Assembly: GCA_004212075.1 (NCBI GenBank)
Contig: RXIF01000003.1
Coordinates: 16,073 to 48,072 of the forward strand
Direction: 5' to 3'
Length of the DNA stretch: 32,000 nucleotides
DNA from: Candidatus Methanoliparum thermophilum
GTDB taxonomy: Archaea > Halobacteriota > Methanoliparia > Methanoliparales > Methanoliparaceae
Shown here: in pieces, positions 28,549 through 32,000 of the stretch
Layout of the letters: each line of letters begins with the position of its first letter
How positions within the stretch are numbered: position 1 is the stretch's first letter
Made by a program: the position numbers and the translations under genes
The notes under the pieces: generated by a model
Database searches by the model: none
The model's input: the letters and a program-made list of their open reading frames with translations, nothing else
Told to the model about the DNA's origin: nothing

Positions 28549-28710
28549 TCAATGAAACACATAAAATAAATCTAATATCTTCCCAATCGGACCACAGATA
28601 CATCCGATGCATGTCAGCACTGCAGAGCCACAGAACATTGTAATATTAGGACAGATTACTAAGATATCCTCTTCTATTACATGTACGATACAGCCTGCCA
28701 TTATGTTCAT
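28549..28710 (-). CDS. small Cys-rich hydrophobic peptide F, not in the ORF track
   Basis: My translation: MNIMAGCIVHVIEEDILVICPNITMFCGSAVLTCIGCICGPIGKILDLFYVFH, 53 aa with 6 Cys. AAGAGGT precedes it. The second ATG at 28701 (MAGC...) has the better SD spacing, about 10 nt. Confidence 0.55.
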   Translation of the reverse strand: MNIMAGCIVHVIEEDILVICPNITMFCGSAVLTCIGCICGPIGKILDLFYVFH

Positions 28711-28723
28711 TACCTCTTAATCC

Positions 28724-28846
28724 TTACCAACCCATCAGCTTCCAGATCTCCTCTGCATAAGAATGAAAGAACTCGCCTAATCCTCCGTCTACAAAAGATA
28801 CAGGAACGCCAATGAACGTCTCTACACAATCAAATGTGATATCCAT
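28724..28846 (-). CDS. small peptide E, not in the ORF track
   Basis: My translation: MDITFDCVETFIGVPVSFVDGGLGEFFHSYAEEIWKLMGW, 40 aa. GGAGG lies 7 nt upstream of the ATG, and that SD overlaps the stop of peptide D. Confidence 0.55.
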   Translation of the reverse strand: MDITFDCVETFIGVPVSFVDGGLGEFFHSYAEEIWKLMGW

Positions 28847-28849
28847 TTA

Positions 28850-28942
28850 TTAACCTCCTATATAAGGTAGTATCTGTTCTAAAATAGCACCCATTACTCC
28901 TTCTCCTCCTAATATTCCGCAAAAACTCATCTCTACAGACAT
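28850..28942 (-). CDS. small peptide D, not in the ORF track
   Basis: My translation: MSVEMSFCGILGGEGVMGAILEQILPYIGG, 30 aa. GGGAGG lies 6 nt upstream of the ATG. Confidence 0.5.
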   Translation of the reverse strand: MSVEMSFCGILGGEGVMGAILEQILPYIGG

Positions 28943-28954
28943 TTTTATCCTCCC

Positions 28955-29134
28955 TTACATTCCGCAACATAACTGGAAGCATTTTCCACAACATCCAAAG
29001 CAGATTCCACCGAGGGTTTCCAACATCCATCCCCATGCCATCCAACACATCGGCATACAAAAATTGGTAACCATCGGCATACAAATAAACGCATCTTCAT
29101 TTTTTATAAATTTTTTTATCTTTTTGAAACTCAT
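28955..29134 (-). CDS. small Cys/Met/Trp-rich peptide C, not in the ORF track
   Basis: My translation: MSFKKIKKFIKNEDAFICMPMVTNFCMPMCWMAWGWMLETLGGICFGCCGKCFQLCCGM, 59 aa with 9 Cys and 8 Met. GGAGG lies 5 nt upstream of the ATG. An internal 14-nt direct repeat encodes the (F)CMPM duplication. Confidence 0.6.
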   Translation of the reverse strand: MSFKKIKKFIKNEDAFICMPMVTNFCMPMCWMAWGWMLETLGGICFGCCGKCFQLCCGM

Positions 29135-29173
29135 TTTAACCTCCTTATTTGTTTCTTACCTTATTTGTTTTCA

Positions 29174-29332
29174 TCACTTCCCAGTGTATAACGTTGAACA
29201 AATTGCATCTATAATCGGTTGGTACATTGGAGCGCCGAATGTACTACAGAAAACTGTTTCACACGCATCTGTCATTATAGTGATAACCGTGCCAACCGTC
29301 TGTTCCATACATGTCTCAAATACAGATGTCAT
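29174..29332 (-). CDS. small peptide B, a distant paralog of peptide A, not in the ORF track
   Basis: My translation: MTSVFETCMEQTVGTVITIMTDACETVFCSTFGAPMYQPIIDAICSTLYTGK, 52 aa. GGAGG lies 10 nt upstream of the ATG. It shares C[IM]EQxxGT and ET(V)FC...FG with peptide A. Confidence 0.6.
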   Translation of the reverse strand: MTSVFETCMEQTVGTVITIMTDACETVFCSTFGAPMYQPIIDAICSTLYTGK

Positions 29333-29359
29333 ATTCTTTTCACCTCCTTATTTTTGTTA

Positions 29360-29527
29360 CTAAAGTTTTCCAAGCATTGCTAAACACAAATTTTCAAGAT
29401 TTTCGCCAAACAAAGGTAGGCAAAATGTCTCCGCACCATGCGGAAACCACGTACAAAACGCTTCACAACATCCTTGGATGCATGTTCCGCAACATTGCTC
29501 TATACATACATTAATCCATGCTGCCAT
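29360..29527 (-). CDS. small Cys-rich peptide A, first gene of the array, not in the ORF track
   Basis: My translation: MAAWINVCIEQCCGTCIQGCCEAFCTWFPHGAETFCLPLFGENLENLCLAMLGKL, 55 aa with 9 Cys. GGAGG lies 9 nt upstream of the ATG. It is a clear paralog of the 61-aa ORF at 29735-29920. Confidence 0.7.
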   Translation of the reverse strand: MAAWINVCIEQCCGTCIQGCCEAFCTWFPHGAETFCLPLFGENLENLCLAMLGKL

Positions 29528-29584
29528 TTTTTATTACCTCCTTTTTTTTATTTCTATCTTTCATACTATACCATTAATCACTGG

Positions 29585-29624
29585 GTATATAAACTTTTGC
29601 TTTTTATCCGTATATAAACTTTTT
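29585..29624 (-). promoter_or_regulatory. duplicated TATA-box-like element upstream of peptide A
   Basis: gtatataaactttt occurs twice, at 29585-29598 and 29610-29623 (period 25). On the minus strand each reads aaaagtttatatac, an archaeal BRE/TATA-like sequence. They lie about 60-95 nt upstream of the peptide A ATG. Confidence 0.45.
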
Positions 29625-29730
29625 GTATATATTAACAATTCATAATATATATGAAAAATTCATAACATCTTGCTATGTGATAACGTCTCGCCGCTTAACA
29701 GGGATAAAGATAGCAATGTAAAGACCAATT

Positions 29731-29787
29731 AATATTACTTACAAGTAATTTTTAAAGAGCAACGAATATTACTTACAAGTAATTTTT
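29731..29787. repeat. two perfect 23-nt direct repeats, each containing a 7-bp-arm palindrome
   Basis: aatattacttacaagtaattttt occurs at 29731-29753 and 29765-29787 with an 11-nt spacer. The core ATTACTT-ac-AAGTAAT is an inverted repeat followed by T5 on the plus strand. It sits at the left boundary of the A/A-prime duplication. Confidence 0.8.
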
Positions 29788-29920
29788 CAAGATTTTCGCC
29801 AACCAAAGGTGTGCAAAATGTCTCCGCACAATGCGGACCCCACGCACATATCGCTTTAGTACATCCTTGGAAAAATGTTCCGCAAATCTGCTCTATGCAT
29901 ATATTAAGATATGCTGCCAT
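29735..29920 (-). CDS. small Cys-rich peptide A-prime, a solo paralog of peptide A
   Basis: 61 aa in the ORF track: MAAYLNICIEQICGTFFQGCTKAICAWGPHCAETFCTPLVGENLEKL... It aligns colinearly with peptide A over about 47 residues. The C-terminal 14 residues are read from a palindromic repeat. Only a weak SD (AGGA). Confidence 0.6.
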   Translation of the reverse strand: MAAYLNICIEQICGTFFQGCTKAICAWGPHCAETFCTPLVGENLEKLLVSNIRCSLKITCK

Positions 29921-30300
29921 CTTTCTATCCTTTCTTTTTTAATTTTTATCTTTCATACTATTTATAAATCTTTCCAATTTTTTCTTCGTGCTAATATAAA
30001 CAGGTTTATCGAAATCTATTGACAAAAAATCTCCTTTTTCTCTGTCCTCATTTGCCGTTTTCTTTTGCTGATTTTCGTTATATTTCTCATCTTATTGTAA
30101 AATATGGTTTTTATCGTCATCAGGGAGTTTAGATAATATATTTGTCAAATTCCTATTATAATTTGTTTCAAAATTCCATAAGCTGTTTTACTCTTTTTCC
30201 TTATCGTTTAAGGACATTTTTTATAATTGTATTTTATTTTCTGTATTATAAATTTTCTCAATTTTGCTAACCGATGGTTATACACGATCCTTTTATGCGT

Positions 30301-30436
30301 GTCCAAAGTTGTCCCAATTGCTGGGACACTGAATAAGAAGAGGAGGAGGGTCTACTTGTCCCAGCAATACGATTTATGGGTCAACAATTAGCCCAAGAAT
30401 TGGGTCAAGTGGGCTAACGTTGGGTCAAGTATGGAC
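30301..30436. promoter_or_regulatory. GC-rich island with TGGGWC hexamer array and competing inverted repeats (regulatory array or ncRNA candidate)
   Basis: GTCCCA(30311-16)-ATTGC-TGGGAC(30322-27). ATTGCTGGGAC (30317-27) is the exact reverse complement of GTCCCAGCAAT (30358-68). TGGGTCAA occurs at 30377, 30401 and 30421, and the last two are 11-mers (TTGGGTCAAGT) 20 bp apart. A TATA-like tttatatata at about 30456-65 follows. Confidence 0.5.
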
Positions 30437-30542
30437 CACCTATTAAAAAGAGAAGATTTATATATAGTATTACAAATTTTGTTATTAGTAACACAAAATC
30501 AGAAAAATTAATAAAAAAGTAACAATATTGGAAGGGGGCAAG

Positions 30543-31787
30543 ATGGATAAAAAAAGAGGGTTGTTTACATTTATTATCGTATCGGTTATGGTATCTTCTT
30601 TTTTGTTGCCAACGGTATCCTATGCAAACGCTGAGATAAAAGTGGTCGACTCAACGGGCAATATTAAAACTATCACTAAACCTGTAAATCGGATCGTAGT
30701 GTTAAACCCGGATGCTGCCCAAGCTGTGAAGGTTTTAGGTAGAGAAGATAGAATCGTTGGTATAGATGCTAGTATTGAGATGCAACCTACATTATTTCCC
30801 AATATATCAAAACTACCCTCAATAGGATTAGCAGCCCCTGTTATGATAAATATTGAGGCTATAAAGCGACTAAATCCAGATTTGGTTGTTGCTTATTCTC
30901 CTGGTATATACAATCCCGGATACGATAGTTTAGAAGCAAAATTAGAGCCGGAGATACAGGTTATTAGGCTTGATCTATACTCGTTACCAGATTTGAAAGA
31001 TGAGATGCTAACTTTAGGTAAGATATTGGATGCGGAAGAAGAAGCAGAGGAGTACGTCAAATGGTGCGAAGAGTGGATGGAGAAGATCGAGCATAATCTA
31101 AGCTATATCTCTTATGACAAACAACCGAGAGTTTATATGGAGATGGGAACTCTACCGCCTTCGTTTATTAGAGGAATGAGTACATTTCAGATACCTGGTA
31201 GGTTTGTTTTCAATGGAGATAACGAGATGGTTTCCTACTTTGATAAGATTAAAGTAAAAAATATTGCTGATGATCTCTCCTCTTTAAAATTTTATAATAT
31301 AGGCGGAGAACCTATCGAGATAATGAAGGGTTACTCTACGGTTGATTCGAAATGGATAGTAATGAAAGATCCAGATATTATAATTGGTGGAGCACTAGGT
31401 TTCAATATGAGAGTAGGCGGGTATGAAACGGATGATGCCGAAGAAAACGATGTTAAAAAATTTTATCTACCGGAAAGCATAAAAACAATGGGTAATTCGA
31501 TGTTAGATCCAAAAAAAATATCTATGAAGTCTTATTATGATGAAATCATCGGTTTAAACGGATTCAATCATATAACTGCGGTAAAGAATGGTCAAGTTCA
31601 TGTGATACATCACACGATTGCATGCGGTCCGGCGTCTCCTGTTGCGGTAGCGTATTATGCCAAATGGGCATATCCTCATGAAATGAAAGATATAGATCCT
31701 GAAGTTATGCATCAAGAGTATATAGACAGATTTATGAAGATAGATTTTGATGTAAAAGAGCAAGGTGTCTTTGTTTATCCAAATTAA
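30543..31787 (+). CDS. ABC transporter substrate-binding protein, Fe3+-siderophore/cobalamin (FecB/BtuF, PF01497-like) type
   Basis: Start at ATG 30543 (MDKKRGLF...) after GGAAGGGGG. Signal-like hydrophobic N-terminus. RIVVLNPDAAQAVKVLG....IVGI and NPDLVVAY are typical of periplasmic binding protein type 2. Followed by a FecCD-like permease. Confidence 0.75.
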   Translation: MDKKRGLFTFIIVSVMVSSFLLPTVSYANAEIKVVDSTGNIKTITKPVNRIVVLNPDAAQAVKVLGREDRIVGIDASIEMQPTLFPNISKLPSIGLAAPVMINIEAIKRLNPDLVVAYSPGIYNPGYDSLEAKLEPEIQVIRLDLYSLPDLKDEMLTLGKILDAEEEAEEYVKWCEEWMEKIEHNLSYISYDKQPRVYMEMGTLPPSFIRGMSTFQIPGRFVFNGDNEMVSYFDKIKVKNIADDLSSLKFYNIGGEPIEIMKGYSTVDSKWIVMKDPDIIIGGALGFNMRVGGYETDDAEENDVKKFYLPESIKTMGNSMLDPKKISMKSYYDEIIGLNGFNHITAVKNGQVHVIHHTIACGPASPVAVAYYAKWAYPHEMKDIDPEVMHQEYIDRFMKIDFDVKEQGVFVYPN

Positions 31788-31804
31788 TAATTAGGTGGTA
31801 TGGA

Positions 31805-32000
31805 TTGAAAAAAGAATCTGGTGATCAGATTAAGAAAGAATATAAGAAGAAGAACAAGATAAAAGTTATATTCCTTCTATTATCCATAATTGTAACTGTA
31901 ATCTTGATCAGCGTTTATCCAACCATCGGTACTGTGGATGTATCGGTATCCGACATATATACGGTTATTTTAAACAAAATTTCTCCAGAAGAAGACGAGC
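31805..32000 (+). CDS. ABC transporter permease (FecCD/BtuC-like), 5' partial at window edge
   Basis: TTG start after TAGGTGG. My translation: (M)KKESGDQIKKEYKKKNKIKVIFLLLSIIVTVILISVYPTIGTVDVSVSDIYTVILNKI... This N-terminal TM helix plus the G..D.S..D pattern is typical of FecCD permeases. It runs off the window. Confidence 0.55.
   Translation, partial: MKKESGDQIKKEYKKKNKIKVIFLLLSIIVTVILISVYPTIGTVDVSVSDIYTVILNKISPEEDE

Noticed and set aside
28724-28942. Double-glycine leader peptides (ILGG in D, VDGG in E), which would imply class II bacteriocin or lanthipeptide-type processing
   Set aside because: The flanking residues do not match the LSxxELxxIxGG consensus. No peptidase-domain ABC exporter or modification enzyme is present in the window.
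28830-29084. 84-aa minus-strand ORF from the ORF track (MYADGYQFLYADVLDG...)
   Set aside because: It is out of frame with the SD-led ORFs C, D and E and reads straight through two GGAGG-ATG start sites. It has no SD of its own. Its composition (RRRRS, WNLLWMLWKML) looks like a frame-shadow of peptide C.
29731-29787. CRISPR-like repeat
   Set aside because: There are only two copies of a 23-nt repeat with an 11-nt spacer. No cas genes are present and no further units.
28229-30022. Plus-strand ORFs 28229-28555, 29064-29363, 29311-29514 and 29831-30022
   Set aside because: They are antisense shadows of the minus-strand peptide genes. None has an SD, and all run against the orientation of the SD-ATG pairs.
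30295-30414. Mini-ORFs in the GC-rich island (MRVQSCPNCWDTE from 30295; MGQQLAQELGQVG from 30376)
   Set aside because: Each is 13 codons and lacks a properly spaced SD. Their apparent motifs (CxxC, GQ repeats) are by-products of the DNA-level inverted and direct repeats.
30290-30527. Cobalamin riboswitch upstream of the BtuF/FecB-type transporter
   Set aside because: I could not recognise a B12-box-like core. Riboswitches of this class are not established in archaea, and the best TATA-like box lies downstream of the structured segment.

Overview
AT-rich archaeal chromosome segment, probably a euryarchaeon of the methanogen-related lineage. All calls come from motif recognition in the supplied translations and my own translation of short ORFs; no database search was possible.

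Layout:
- 1-9.1 kb: redox and housekeeping genes. These are sirtuin, YfcE-type phosphodiesterase, a secreted thioredoxin-fold protein, a NapH-like polyferredoxin, rubrerythrin, a hydantoinase-family protein, an HDAC-family protein, a ROK kinase, aIF5A and agmatinase.
- 9.2-17.4 kb, minus strand: a fatty-acid/aldehyde oxidation cluster. It holds an MFE-2-like SDR dehydrogenase, a double-hotdog hydratase, a frameshifted aldehyde dehydrogenase and two divergent acyl-CoA-dehydrogenase-fold paralogs. Five small or low-complexity helical proteins of unknown function are interleaved with them.
- 17.8-28.2 kb, plus strand: a tightly packed housekeeping block. Genes are purN, folC, folP, kae1, bud32, rdgB, rpS15, a RecJ/GAN-like DHH protein, a Pcc1-like protein, methanogen-type SerRS, rpS3Ae and apgM.
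- 28.15-29.92 kb, minus strand: the most unusual part. It is an array of short ORFs, almost all below the 60-aa cutoff of the ORF track. Five have a perfect GGAGG Shine-Dalgarno sequence 5-10 nt upstream of the ATG. They encode Cys-rich (one also Met-rich) hydrophobic peptides that look like a diverged paralog family. The array ends in a Gly-rich membrane protein and starts with a duplicated solo copy.
- 30.3-30.44 kb: a GC-rich island of TGGGWC hexamers and mutually exclusive inverted repeats. It lies upstream of a FecB/BtuF-type ABC transporter.
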